Part shown: piece by piece, positions 1 to 10,321 of the stretch
How the letters are laid out: each line of letters begins with the position of its first letter
Numbering within the stretch: the first letter of the stretch is position 1
From: Candidatus Saccharimonadota bacterium
GTDB taxonomy: Bacteria > Pseudomonadota > Gammaproteobacteria > Enterobacterales > Enterobacteriaceae
Direction: 5' to 3'
DNA: 32,000 bases
Assembly (NCBI GenBank): GCA_049942965.1
Contig: CP188088.1
Span: 150,001-182,000, forward strand
The notes under the pieces: model-generated
Told to the model about the DNA's origin: nothing
The model's input: the letters and a program-made list of their open reading frames with translations, nothing else
The model's database searches: none
Position numbers and translations under genes: made by a program

Positions 1-1413
1 AAAAATTCTATAAAATTATTTCCAAAAATAAATTTTATTTTAAAAAACACTAAAAATAAACATTTAAAAAAAATACTAAAAAAAATAGTATTCTTTCCTA
101 GTTTATATTTTTTGTTAAAAAAATGTATAAGTGATAATCCTTCGAATTCTTTGCGAAATGGAGGTGTAATTGCAGAAAATTACAATTCTGAATTAGACGA
201 ATTAAGAAGATTAAAATCTACATCTGAAAATTTGCTTAAAAATATTGAATTGGAAGAAAGAAATAGATTAGGAATAAAATCTTTAAAAATAGGATTTAAT
301 AGTTTAATTGGTTATTTTATTCAAATTAATAAAAAATATTCACATCTTGTTCCTTTATATTATATAAAAAAACAATCAATTAAACATTCGAATCGATATA
401 CTTTTCCTTTATTACAAGAATATCAAAAAAAATTTTTAGAATCAGAAATTAGAATAATAGCTTTAGAAAAAATGTTATATGAAGAATTGTTTGATTATAT
501 TTCTCCATACATAATTGATTTGCAAAAAATGTATTCGGCAATTTCTGAATTGGATGTATTAACAAATTTATCAGAACGGTCAGTAACTTTAAATTACGTT
601 TGTCCTAAAATATCTACTAATAAAAATATTTTGTTTATAAAAAACGGAAGACATCCAGTAATAGAACATATAACTGGGATTAATTTTGTAAAAAATGGAA
701 TTAAATTTTGTGAAAATAAAAGAATGTTTATTATCACAGGTCCTAATATGGGAGGAAAAAGTACATTTATGCGTCAAATAGCATTAATTTCTATATTAGC
801 TTGGGTTGGTAGTTTCGTTCCTGCAGAATCAGCTACTATCGGAGTTATTGACAAGATATTTACTAGAATTGGTGCTTCTGATAATTTATCTTATGGACAA
901 TCTACTTTTATGGTCGAAATTAAAGAAATGGTTAGCATACTAAACAATGCTACAACAAATAGTTTAGTAATAATAGATGAAATAGGTAGAGGTACTTCAA
1001 CTATTGACGGATTTTCTTTGGCATGGTCTTGTGTGAAATATTTAGTTGAAAAAATAAATTGTATGACTTTATTTTCTACACATTTTTTTGGATTAACGGA
1101 ATTATCAAATAAATATAATTCAATTGAAAATTTGTTTTTTCAAATTTTAAAAAAAAATAATAAAATATTTTTTTTATACAAAGTTAAAGTCGGTGTTTCC
1201 AAAAAAAGTCATGGATTATTAGTATCTTTGTTAGCTGGATTACCATCATTGGTTATTGAAGAAGCGGAAAAAAAAATAAAGGAACTAGAAAAAAATGAAA
1301 TAAAATTTAAAAAAAATTCAATAATTATAGATTATTTAAGATCTTTAATTCCAGAAAAAATTTCTCCAATTGAAGCATTAGATTGTATTTTTAAAATAAA
1401 AAAAATGTTATAG
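1..1413 (+). CDS. mutS: DNA mismatch repair protein MutS, C-terminal ~470 codons (5' end outside window)
   Basis: Frame 1 has no stop from nt 1 to the TTG at 112 where the ORF track begins. The gene therefore continues off the left edge. Translation aligns with E. coli MutS from about RDGGVIA onward (here RNGGVIAENYNSELDELR), with Walker A GPNMGGKST, DEIGRGTS and STHF motifs. Confidence 0.93.
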   Translation, partial: KNSIKLFPKINFILKNTKNKHLKKILKKIVFFPSLYFLLKKCISDNPSNSLRNGGVIAENYNSELDELRRLKSTSENLLKNIELEERNRLGIKSLKIGFNSLIGYFIQINKKYSHLVPLYYIKKQSIKHSNRYTFPLLQEYQKKFLESEIRIIALEKMLYEELFDYISPYIIDLQKMYSAISELDVLTNLSERSVTLNYVCPKISTNKNILFIKNGRHPVIEHITGINFVKNGIKFCENKRMFIITGPNMGGKSTFMRQIALISILAWVGSFVPAESATIGVIDKIFTRIGASDNLSYGQSTFMVEIKEMVSILNNATTNSLVIIDEIGRGTSTIDGFSLAWSCVKYLVEKINCMTLFSTHFFGLTELSNKYNSIENLFFQILKKNNKIFFLYKVKVGVSKKSHGLLVSLLAGLPSLVIEEAEKKIKELEKNEIKFKKNSIIIDYLRSLIPEKISPIEALDCIFKIKKML

Positions 1414-1707
1414 AAATTTTATATGTATATAAATCGCAATTTTCAAAAAGTATTTTTTATTATTTTGTTTTAGTCAAATTGCATTTTTTAAAGTATTATT
1501 TTTTTAAATAAAAAACATTTTTATTACTGTTAAAATAGAAACATTTTTTAATATATTTTTTACTAATGTATTTAAATTTAATTAAAATTAAGTAATTTAA
1601 AATTAAAAAATTTCTATGTTTTGACTTAAAAAAATAAAATGATTATTTTTTACATAAATGAATATTAATATTTTTTAAAATCAATTATCAAAAAATCATG
1701 TTTTGTA

Positions 1708-1741
1708 TTCTTGTTAGTTTTTTAAATTTTACTAACAAGAA
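1708..1741. terminator. 11-bp stem hairpin (ttcttgttagt / actaacaagaa, 12-nt loop) between convergent mutS and eno
   Basis: Perfect inverted repeat read directly from the sequence. It lies 22 nt beyond the eno stop. TTTTT follows 3 nt after the stem on the + strand, and no U-run follows on the - strand. Confidence 0.4.
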
Positions 1742-1763
1742 CAGATTTTTAATCTTAATAAAT

Positions 1764-3086
1764 TTATTTTTTAAAATTTTTATTTTTATAATTTTTTATT
1801 TCTTTATAACCAAAAAAAGGTGCTTTTTTATTTCCAATAGTTTCTTCGATTCTGATTAGTTGATTATATTTAGCAGTTCTTTCAGTTCGACACATTGAAC
1901 CAGTTTTAATTTGTCCTGATGCAGTTCCAACAGATAAGTCTGATATAAAAGTGTCTTCTGTTTCTCCTGAACGATGAGAAATAATTGTTGTATATTTAAA
2001 TTTTTTTGCAAGTTGTATTGTAGACAAAGTTTCTGTTAAAGTTCCTATTTGATTTAGTTTAATTAAAATAGAATTTGCAACGTTTTTTTTAATTCCTTTT
2101 TTTAGTATTTTAGAATTAGTTACAAACAAATCATCTCCAACTAATTGTATAAAATTTCCCAGGATTTTTGTTTGATAATAAAACCCATCCCAATCTAATT
2201 CGCTTTGACCATCTTCTATTGAAGTAATTGGATATTTATTTATAAATTTTTCTAAATAGTGAGTAAATTCTTTTGAAGAAAAGCTTTTTTTCTCCCCAGG
2301 TAAATTATATTTTTTATCATTTTTATCGTATAATTCTGAAGCTGCACAATCTATAGAAAAAGCAACGTCTTTTCCTAAAATGTAATCTGTATTTTCAATA
2401 GCTTGTTTCATAATTATAAATGCGTCTTCGTTAGAATTTAAATTAGGAGCAAATCCTCCTTCATCACCTACTGACGTACTCATTCCTTTTTTTTCTAGAA
2501 TAGTTTTTAAATTATGAAAAATTTCAGATCCTATTTGTATTGCTTCTTTGATATTTTTTGCTCCAATAGGTTGAATCATAAATTCTTGTATATCAATATT
2601 ATTATTTGCATGTTTACCTCCATTGATAATATTTATCATAGGTAAAGGCATAGAGTATTTATTTTTTGTTTTATTTAATTCAGAAATATGTTGAAATAAA
2701 GGAATTTTTTTAAAAGATGCTGCAGCTTTTGCTATAGCTAAAGAAACAGCTAAAATAGCATTAGCTCCTAAATTAGATTTATTTTCTGTATTATCTAGTT
2801 GTATCATAGTTTCATCAATTTTTTTTTGTTCTCTACAATCCATTTTTAAAATTGCATCGTTTATAGTTGAATTAACTATTTTTACAGCTTTTTTTACTCC
2901 CTTTCCTAAAAAATATTTTTTGTTATTATCTCGTAGTTCTAAAGATTCTTTAGAGCCAGTTGAAGCACCAGATGGAACTGAAGATATTCCAGTTTTTCCA
3001 CAATCTAAATATACTTGAGATTCTATGGTTGGATATCCTCTGGAATCGATTATTTCTCTAGCGATTACTTTAGTTATTTTTGACAT
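1764..3086 (-). CDS. eno: Enolase
   Basis: 440-aa ORF. N-terminus [22 protein letters not shown] and the SHRSGETED motif are typical of enolase. The pyrG-eno tandem matches E. coli. Confidence 0.97.
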   Translation of the reverse strand: MSKITKVIAREIIDSRGYPTIESQVYLDCGKTGISSVPSGASTGSKESLELRDNNKKYFLGKGVKKAVKIVNSTINDAILKMDCREQKKIDETMIQLDNTENKSNLGANAILAVSLAIAKAAASFKKIPLFQHISELNKTKNKYSMPLPMINIINGGKHANNNIDIQEFMIQPIGAKNIKEAIQIGSEIFHNLKTILEKKGMSTSVGDEGGFAPNLNSNEDAFIIMKQAIENTDYILGKDVAFSIDCAASELYDKNDKKYNLPGEKKSFSSKEFTHYLEKFINKYPITSIEDGQSELDWDGFYYQTKILGNFIQLVGDDLFVTNSKILKKGIKKNVANSILIKLNQIGTLTETLSTIQLAKKFKYTTIISHRSGETEDTFISDLSVGTASGQIKTGSMCRTERTAKYNQLIRIEETIGNKKAPFFGYKEIKNYKNKNFKK

Positions 3087-3106
3087 TTTTTTTCCTAAAT
3101 TAAAAA

Positions 3107-4738
<1,632 letters not shown>

Positions 4739-4789
4739 TCAGTTTTTTAGTTAGTAATTGGTAACTAGTTGAATTTTTTTTATTAAATG

Positions 4790-4826
4790 AGTTATGTAGT
4801 TTCAATGAAAGTTATGTAGTTTCAAT
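4790..4826. repeat. Tandem direct repeat, 2 x 17 nt (agttatgtagtttcaat) with 20-nt period, in the glnS-pyrG spacer
   Basis: Read directly: ...atgAGTTATGTAGTTTCAATgaaAGTTATGTAGTTTCAATaag... Confidence 0.7.
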
Positions 4827-4939
4827 AAGATTAAATTTCAAAAATCAATTATAACATGTGTTTTTTTTTTTTAATTTTTTAATTTTAATTTAATTATTAT
4901 TAAAAATTTTTTTTAAATTCAAATTTCTGTAAAAAAAAA

Positions 4940-6601
4940 TTATTTTTTTAAATTTATTTTTTCTCTTAACGAAACAATTCTATTAAAAATCCATTTTTTT
5001 TTATCATAGTTTTTTTTTTCAATACAAAAATATCCGATTCTTTCGAATTGATAAATTTTATTATAGTTACTTTTAGATATGAAAGAATCAATTAATCCTT
5101 TTTTTATGATCATTGATTTTTCATTAATATGAGATAAAAAATCTTTTTCTAATTCTGGATTTTTTATTTTAAATAATTTATTAAATAAAATAAATTTAGA
5201 TTTCAGAGATTTTTTTTTAGAAACCCAATGTAGTACACATTTTATTTTTTCGTTTTTTGGATTTCTTCCTAGAGTATTTTTATCATATGTACAATATATG
5301 GAAATAATATCATTATTTTTATCTTTTTTAATTTTTGTAGTTTGTATAATGTATGCATATCTTAGTCTAATTTTTGTATGTAAAGTTAAACGTTTGTATT
5401 TCTTATTTTCTTTTTCTGAAAAATCTGATTTATCTATATATATTTCTTTAGAAAAAAATATTTCTCTAAACCCCATTTTTGGATTGTTAGGATGATTAGC
5501 AATAATTATTCTTTCAATTTTATTATTTGGATAATTTTCAATAATTATTTTTATTGGATTTAATACTGCCATAATTCTAGGAGCAATATTATTTAGTTCT
5601 TTTCTAATACAGGATTCTAAAAGAGAAAGTTCTATTAAACTTTCTTGTTTTGTAACTCCTATTTTGTTACAAAAATCTCTTATAGAAGAAGCAGTATATC
5701 CTCTTTTTTTCAATCCAGAAATGGTTGCTAATCTAGGATCATTCCAATTAGTTACAACTTTTTTTTCGATAAGAATTTGGATTTTCCTTTTGGATAATAT
5801 TGAATATTCCAATTGTAATCGGGAGAATTCGTATTGATTGGGTTTATTTAAAATTTTAATTTTTTTTAATATCCAATTATAAAGATGTTTGTTATCGGAA
5901 AATTCTAATGTACATAATGAATGAGTAATTCCTTCTATTGAATCAGAAATACAGTGACTAAAATCATAAGTAGGATATATCAACCATTTATTAGAAGAAA
6001 TCTGATCTTTTTTTTTAAAAATAATTCTGTATAAAACAGGATCTCTCATAATGATCCGAGGGGATTTCATATTTATTTTAGCTCTAAGACAAGCTTGTCC
6101 TGGTAGAAATAGTCCTTCTTTCATTTTTTTAAATAAAAATAAATTTTTTTCAATCGTATTTTTTCTATAAGGACTATCTATTCCAGGTTGAGTAAGTGTT
6201 CCTCTATATTCTCGAATTTGTTTTTTTGTTAATAAATCTACGTAAGCTAAGTTATCTTTAATTAATTGAATAGCATATTTATATATTTTTTCAAAGTAAT
6301 TTGAAGTATAACGTGGTTTTTTGTGCCATTTAAATCCTAGCCACTGTATGTCTTTTTGTATAGAATCAATAAATTCTGCTTTTTCTTTTTTAGGATTTGT
6401 ATCGTCGAATCTTAAATTACAATATCCGTTATAGTTTTTAGCAATTTCAAAATTTAAACAAATTGTTTTTGCATGACCAATGTGTAAGTATCCATTTGGT
6501 TCTGGTGGAAATCTTGTTCTTATAAATAGATGTTTTTTATCTTTTAGATCTTTTTCAATAATTTTTTTTATGAAATTATTATTTATTTTTTTTTTTTTCA
6601 T
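4940..6601 (-). CDS. glnS: Glutamine--tRNA ligase
   Basis: 553-aa ORF with class I HIGH motif (PEPNGYLHIGHAK) and an ILSKRK (KMSKS-like) motif. Length is close to E. coli GlnRS. Confidence 0.97.
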   Translation of the reverse strand: MKKKKINNNFIKKIIEKDLKDKKHLFIRTRFPPEPNGYLHIGHAKTICLNFEIAKNYNGYCNLRFDDTNPKKEKAEFIDSIQKDIQWLGFKWHKKPRYTSNYFEKIYKYAIQLIKDNLAYVDLLTKKQIREYRGTLTQPGIDSPYRKNTIEKNLFLFKKMKEGLFLPGQACLRAKINMKSPRIIMRDPVLYRIIFKKKDQISSNKWLIYPTYDFSHCISDSIEGITHSLCTLEFSDNKHLYNWILKKIKILNKPNQYEFSRLQLEYSILSKRKIQILIEKKVVTNWNDPRLATISGLKKRGYTASSIRDFCNKIGVTKQESLIELSLLESCIRKELNNIAPRIMAVLNPIKIIIENYPNNKIERIIIANHPNNPKMGFREIFFSKEIYIDKSDFSEKENKKYKRLTLHTKIRLRYAYIIQTTKIKKDKNNDIISIYCTYDKNTLGRNPKNEKIKCVLHWVSKKKSLKSKFILFNKLFKIKNPELEKDFLSHINEKSMIIKKGLIDSFISKSNYNKIYQFERIGYFCIEKKNYDKKKWIFNRIVSLREKINLKK

Positions 6602-6740
6602 GTGTTTTAGTTTTTTATTATTTTAAAAATAATATTTTAATAAAAAAATATTTTTTTTAAAAGAAAATTATAAGTATATTGATGATTTTCAAAAAATATA
6701 TTACACTAAATAAATAAGAGAAGTAATCTTTTGTTATTTA

Positions 6741-6814
6741 GGCTATGTAGCTCAGTTGGTTAGAGCACAGCACTCATAACGCTGCGGTCATGGGTTCGAA
6801 TCCCGTCATAGCCA
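6741..6814 (+). tRNA. metT: tRNA-Met (anticodon CAU, elongator type)
   Basis: Cloverleaf with acceptor ggctatg/catagcc and anticodon loop ctCATaa. It is near-identical in the D and T arms to E. coli metT as I recall it, and unlike ileX. No encoded CCA. Confidence 0.9.
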
Positions 6815-6855
6815 TAATTTCAATTTTTTTGAAGTTTACGTTTTAGTTTTTTATA

Positions 6856-6937
6856 GCGGAAGTGGCGGAATTGGTAAACGCACCAGATTTAGGATCTGGC
6901 ATCGAAAGATTTGCGAGTTCAAGTCTCGCCTTCCGTA
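6856..6937 (+). tRNA. leuW: tRNA-Leu (anticodon UAG)
   Basis: Acceptor gcggaag/cttccgt, anticodon stem ccaga/tctgg with loop ttTAGga, long variable arm, T-loop gttcaagtc. The Met-Leu-Gln order matches the E. coli metT-leuW-glnU cluster near glnS. No encoded CCA. Confidence 0.9.
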
Positions 6938-6966
6938 AAATTTTTATCAAAAATTAAAAAAGTAAT

Positions 6967-7037
6967 TGGGACATAGCCAAGAGGTAAGGCACCGGTTTTT
7001 GATACCGGCATCCCTGGTTCGAATCCAGGTGTCCCAG
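6967..7037 (+). tRNA. glnU: tRNA-Gln (anticodon UUG)
   Basis: Acceptor tgggaca/tgtccca, anticodon stem ccggt/accgg with loop ttTTGat, T-loop ggttcgaatcc. No encoded CCA. Confidence 0.9.
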
Positions 7038-7094
7038 AATATTTTCTATTAACATTTTTTATTAAATTTCATAAATATTTTTTAAAAAACTTCT

Positions 7095-7766
7095 ATGAAA
7101 AATCGTAGACTTAAAGAATTAGCAGCTAAAGCTGCAATTAAATATATAGTTCCAAATTCAATTATAGGTGTTGGAACTGGAACTACAGTATCTTTTTTTA
7201 TTAAATTTTTAAGAAAAATAAAACATTTAATTAAAGGTGCAGTTTCAAGTTCATTTGTCTCTACTAAACTTTTAAAAAAAGTTGGAATTAAAACATTTGA
7301 TTTAAATGAAGTTGATGTGTTGTCTGTATATGTTGATGGAGCTGATGAAGTTAATCCTAAAATGCAAATGATAAAAGGTGGTGGAAATGCACTAACAAAA
7401 GAAAAAATTATAGCTGCTGTTGCAAAAAAATTTATTTGTATTGTCGACGAAAATAAACAGGTAGAAATTTTAGGAAAATTTCCATTATCTGTAGAAGTTA
7501 TTCCAATGGCATGTTCTTATATAATTTCTGAATTAAATAAATTAGGTGGTTTCAGTGTAAAAAGAAAAAATGTGATAACTGATAATGGAAATTATATAGT
7601 AGAAGTACATAAATTAAATATTATTAGTCCTATTTTAATGGAAGAAAAAATAAATTCGATTGCAGGTGTGGTAACGGTAGGAATTTTTGCTAAAAGACCT
7701 GCTGATATATTGTTAATAGGAAGTTCTCATGGTTTAAAAATAAATTTCAATGATAAAACAACATAA
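7095..7766 (+). CDS. rpiA: Ribose-5-phosphate isomerase A
   Basis: 223-aa [32 protein letters not shown] and GVVTVGIFA segments align with E. coli RpiA. Confidence 0.95.
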   Translation: MKNRRLKELAAKAAIKYIVPNSIIGVGTGTTVSFFIKFLRKIKHLIKGAVSSSFVSTKLLKKVGIKTFDLNEVDVLSVYVDGADEVNPKMQMIKGGGNALTKEKIIAAVAKKFICIVDENKQVEILGKFPLSVEVIPMACSYIISELNKLGGFSVKRKNVITDNGNYIVEVHKLNIISPILMEEKINSIAGVVTVGIFAKRPADILLIGSSHGLKINFNDKTT

Positions 7767-8108
7767 TTGGTAATAGATTTTTTATTTTTATTTTTGGTTT
7801 TTTTTTTTAATTAGTTGAAAATATGATTTTAAATTTTGGATCTAAATGTACATGTTAGAAAAACATAAAAGTTTTTTGATATTTTCGTAATTTATAAAAT
7901 AATTAAATAAGTAAATTTCATATACTTTTTTACTAGAATCAAAAATTAGAAAAATTAATTTATATAAAAAGAAATTTATTATTTTTTAGATTTTTTTTTT
8001 ATAAATTTAATTTAATTAATATATATTTTTTACATATAATAGAAAAATTCATATTTAATATTTCTTTTTTTTTAATATTGTTTATTTTTTTAAAGAGGAA
8101 CTGATCAG

Positions 8109-9275
8109 TTGTCTCGATATTTTTTTACTTCAGAATCTGTTTCTGAAGGTCATCCAGATAAAGTTGCAGATCAAATATCTGATGCATTACTTGATGCTTT
8201 TTTGATTCAAGATCCAAATTCTCATGTGGCTTGCGAAACTTACGTAAAAACTGGAATGGTTTTAGTAGGTGGGGAAATAAATACAATAGCTTCTATTGAT
8301 GTAGAAGCAATCGTAAGAGATACAATACGAAAAATTGGATATATTGATTCAAATTCAGGTCTTGATGCTGATTCTTGTTCTATTCTAAATACTTTTGGGA
8401 AACAGTCTTTAGACATTAGAAAAGGTATTAATAAAAATTCTTTTAATCCGTATGATCAAAGGGCAGGAGATCAAGGAATTGTTTTTGGATATGCTACTAA
8501 TGAAACAGATGTTTTTATGCCTGCTCCTATTTTATATGCTCATAGATTGGTGGAAAAACATTCAAAAATTAGAAAAAAGAACTTATTTTCTTGGTTGCGA
8601 CCAGATGCAAAAAGTCAAATTACTTTTGAGTATAATTCAGGTAAAATAGTAGGAGTAGATACAATAGTTTTTTCTACCCAACATTCTAAAATGGTTTCAA
8701 ATAAAGAGATTAGAGATTTTGTAATGGAGGAAATTATTTTTTCTGTTATACCAAAAGAATGGATTAATAAAAATACTAAATTTTATATTAATCCTACAGG
8801 AAGATTTGTAGTTGGAGGTCCTTTAGGAGATTGTGGTTTAACTGGAAGAAAAATTATAGTTGATACTTATGGTGGAATGGCTAGACATGGTGGAGGCGCT
8901 TTTTCTGGAAAAGATCCGTCTAAAATTGATAGATCAGCTGCTTATGCTGCACGTTATATAGCTAAAAATATTGTTGCAGCTGGAATCGCTGAGAAGTGCG
9001 AAATACAATTATCTTATGCCATTGGTGTTTCTAATCCGATATCAATTATGGTGGATACGTTTGGAACAGGTAAAATGAGTAATGAAAATTTGATTAAATT
9101 AATAAAAAAAATATTTGATTTAAGACCTTATGGAATAATCAAAATGCTTGACTTACTGAACCCTATTTATTTAGAAACATCTGTTTATGGACATTTTGGA
9201 AGAATTCAATTTACATGGGAAAAAACTGATAAAATAGAAAATATAAAAAAAGTTAGTGAAAATTTTATTTTTTAA
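8109..9275 (+). CDS. metK: S-adenosylmethionine synthase
   Basis: 388-aa [33 protein letters not shown] and [19 protein letters not shown] motifs are present. TTG start at 8109 lies 9 nt after an AGAGGA Shine-Dalgarno sequence. Confidence 0.96.
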   Translation: MSRYFFTSESVSEGHPDKVADQISDALLDAFLIQDPNSHVACETYVKTGMVLVGGEINTIASIDVEAIVRDTIRKIGYIDSNSGLDADSCSILNTFGKQSLDIRKGINKNSFNPYDQRAGDQGIVFGYATNETDVFMPAPILYAHRLVEKHSKIRKKNLFSWLRPDAKSQITFEYNSGKIVGVDTIVFSTQHSKMVSNKEIRDFVMEEIIFSVIPKEWINKNTKFYINPTGRFVVGGPLGDCGLTGRKIIVDTYGGMARHGGGAFSGKDPSKIDRSAAYAARYIAKNIVAAGIAEKCEIQLSYAIGVSNPISIMVDTFGTGKMSNENLIKLIKKIFDLRPYGIIKMLDLLNPIYLETSVYGHFGRIQFTWEKTDKIENIKKVSENFIF

Positions 9276-9371
9276 ATAATATTTTAAATAAATTTTAATT
9301 GTTAATTAAAAATTAATAATTTTAGAAGATTTATTTTTTAGCTAACTTATAAATTAAACAGTTCATTTTTG

Positions 9372-9429
9372 AAAAAAATAAAATCCAAAAAATATATTTT
9401 TTAATATTTGTTTTGGATTTTATTTTTTT
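9372..9429. terminator. Long AT-rich hairpin (about 19-bp stem incl. aaaatccaaaa / ttttggatttt) between convergent metK and tRNA-Arg
   Basis: Inverted repeat read directly. It abuts the 3' end of tRNA-Arg and is flanked by A-run/T-run, so a U-tail follows on either strand. The stem has only 2 G:C pairs. Confidence 0.45.
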
Positions 9430-9503
9430 TGCATCTGGAAGGATTCGAACCTTCTACCTCTCGGTTCGTAGCCGAGTACTCTGTCCAACTGAGCTACAGA
9501 TGC
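9430..9503 (-). tRNA. argV: tRNA-Arg (anticodon ACG)
   Basis: Reverse complement gcatctgtagctcagttggacagagtactcggctACGaaccgag...ggttcgaatcc...cagatgc-a closely resembles the E. coli argQ/V/Y/Z sequence. It lies downstream of csrA-serV as in E. coli. No encoded CCA. Confidence 0.9.
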
Positions 9504-9541
9504 AGTCTTTTAAACATAAAGAGAAATTTTGTTGTTTTTTT

Positions 9542-9634
9542 AGGTGAGAGAGGGATTCGAACCCTCGATGCTAATAATTAATTTTACATACTCCCTTAGC
9601 AGGGGAGCGCCTTCAACCACTCGGCCATCTCACC
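9542..9634 (-). tRNA. serV: tRNA-Ser (anticodon GCU)
   Basis: Reverse complement ggtgagatggccgagtggttgaaggcgctcccctGCTaagggag + long variable arm + gagggttcgaatccctc + tctcacc. The position downstream of csrA matches E. coli serV. The discriminator appears to be U, and CCA is not encoded. Confidence 0.87.
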
Positions 9635-9987
9635 AATTATTTTTAATTTTTTTTAAGATTTTAACTATATCATAATTAGTATTTTTTTTATATTTAATTT
9701 TTTAAAATTTACTTTTTTGGAAAGTAAATTTTGTTCTTGTAAGCATAAAAAATTTTCTTTTAATTCTACTTTTATTTTTATAAAAAATCAATTGTTTACT
9801 AAAAATAGTTATTTAGCCTTTAATAATTAAAATAATGTAAATTATTTATATTTATATAAAAATATATGAAATAAAAATTATTTTTGTTTATATCTATTTT
9901 TTTTTTAATATTTTTAATATTTTATATTTTTTTAAAAATATATTTATTATTATTGTTTTATACAAAGATCTTTAAACATTTTATTTC

Positions 9988-10018
9988 TACGTCTTACATT
10001 GACAACAGCAAGACGTAG
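9988..10018. terminator. GC-containing hairpin (ctacgtctt / aagacgtag, 9-bp stem, 13-nt loop) 16 nt downstream of the csrA stop
   Basis: Perfect inverted repeat read directly. The T-run (tagTTTTTat) follows it on the + strand, not on the csrA (-) strand. Confidence 0.4.
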
Positions 10019-10033
10019 TTTTTATGAGATTTT

Positions 10034-10219
10034 TTATTTTTTTATTTTGGATTTTTTCTCAGCTTGGATTCGTTGATATATTTCTTCTCGATGAACTGAA
10101 ATTTCTTTTGGTGCATTGATACCTAATCTAACTTGATTTCCTTTTACTCCAAGTACAGTTACAGTAATTTCGTCTCCGATTACAAGCGTCTCTCCAACTC
10201 TTCGAGTTAGAATCAACAT
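10034..10219 (-). CDS. csrA: Carbon storage regulator CsrA
   Basis: 61-aa [58 protein letters not shown], near-identical to enterobacterial CsrA. Confidence 0.96.
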   Translation of the reverse strand: MLILTRRVGETLVIGDEITVTVLGVKGNQVRLGINAPKEISVHREEIYQRIQAEKKSKIKK

Positions 10220-10321
10220 TCTATTATACTCCTTGTATAATTGTAGAATTTATTTAAAAAAATTATATTTAATTTGTTTACGTTAATTGTTTGTTAACAT
10301 TTTGATAAATCAAATTTTAAG

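Noticed and set aside
1-111. mutS as a 5'-truncated pseudogene starting at TTG 112
   Set aside because: The same frame is open back to nt 1, and the upstream residues still align with MutS. The truncation is only the window edge.
6679-6707. Candidate sigma70 promoter for the tRNA-Met/Leu/Gln cluster (TTGATG, 17 nt, TACACT)
   Set aside because: The hexamers and spacing are plausible. However, hexamer matches of this quality are frequent by chance in roughly 80 percent A+T DNA, so it is not reported as a feature without transcript-start evidence.
9704-9732. 12-bp perfect hairpin aaaatttacttt / aaagtaaatttt upstream of tRNA-Ser
   Set aside because: The stem is almost entirely A:T (one C:G pair) and has no U-tail in either orientation. 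Such inverted repeats are expected by chance at this base composition.
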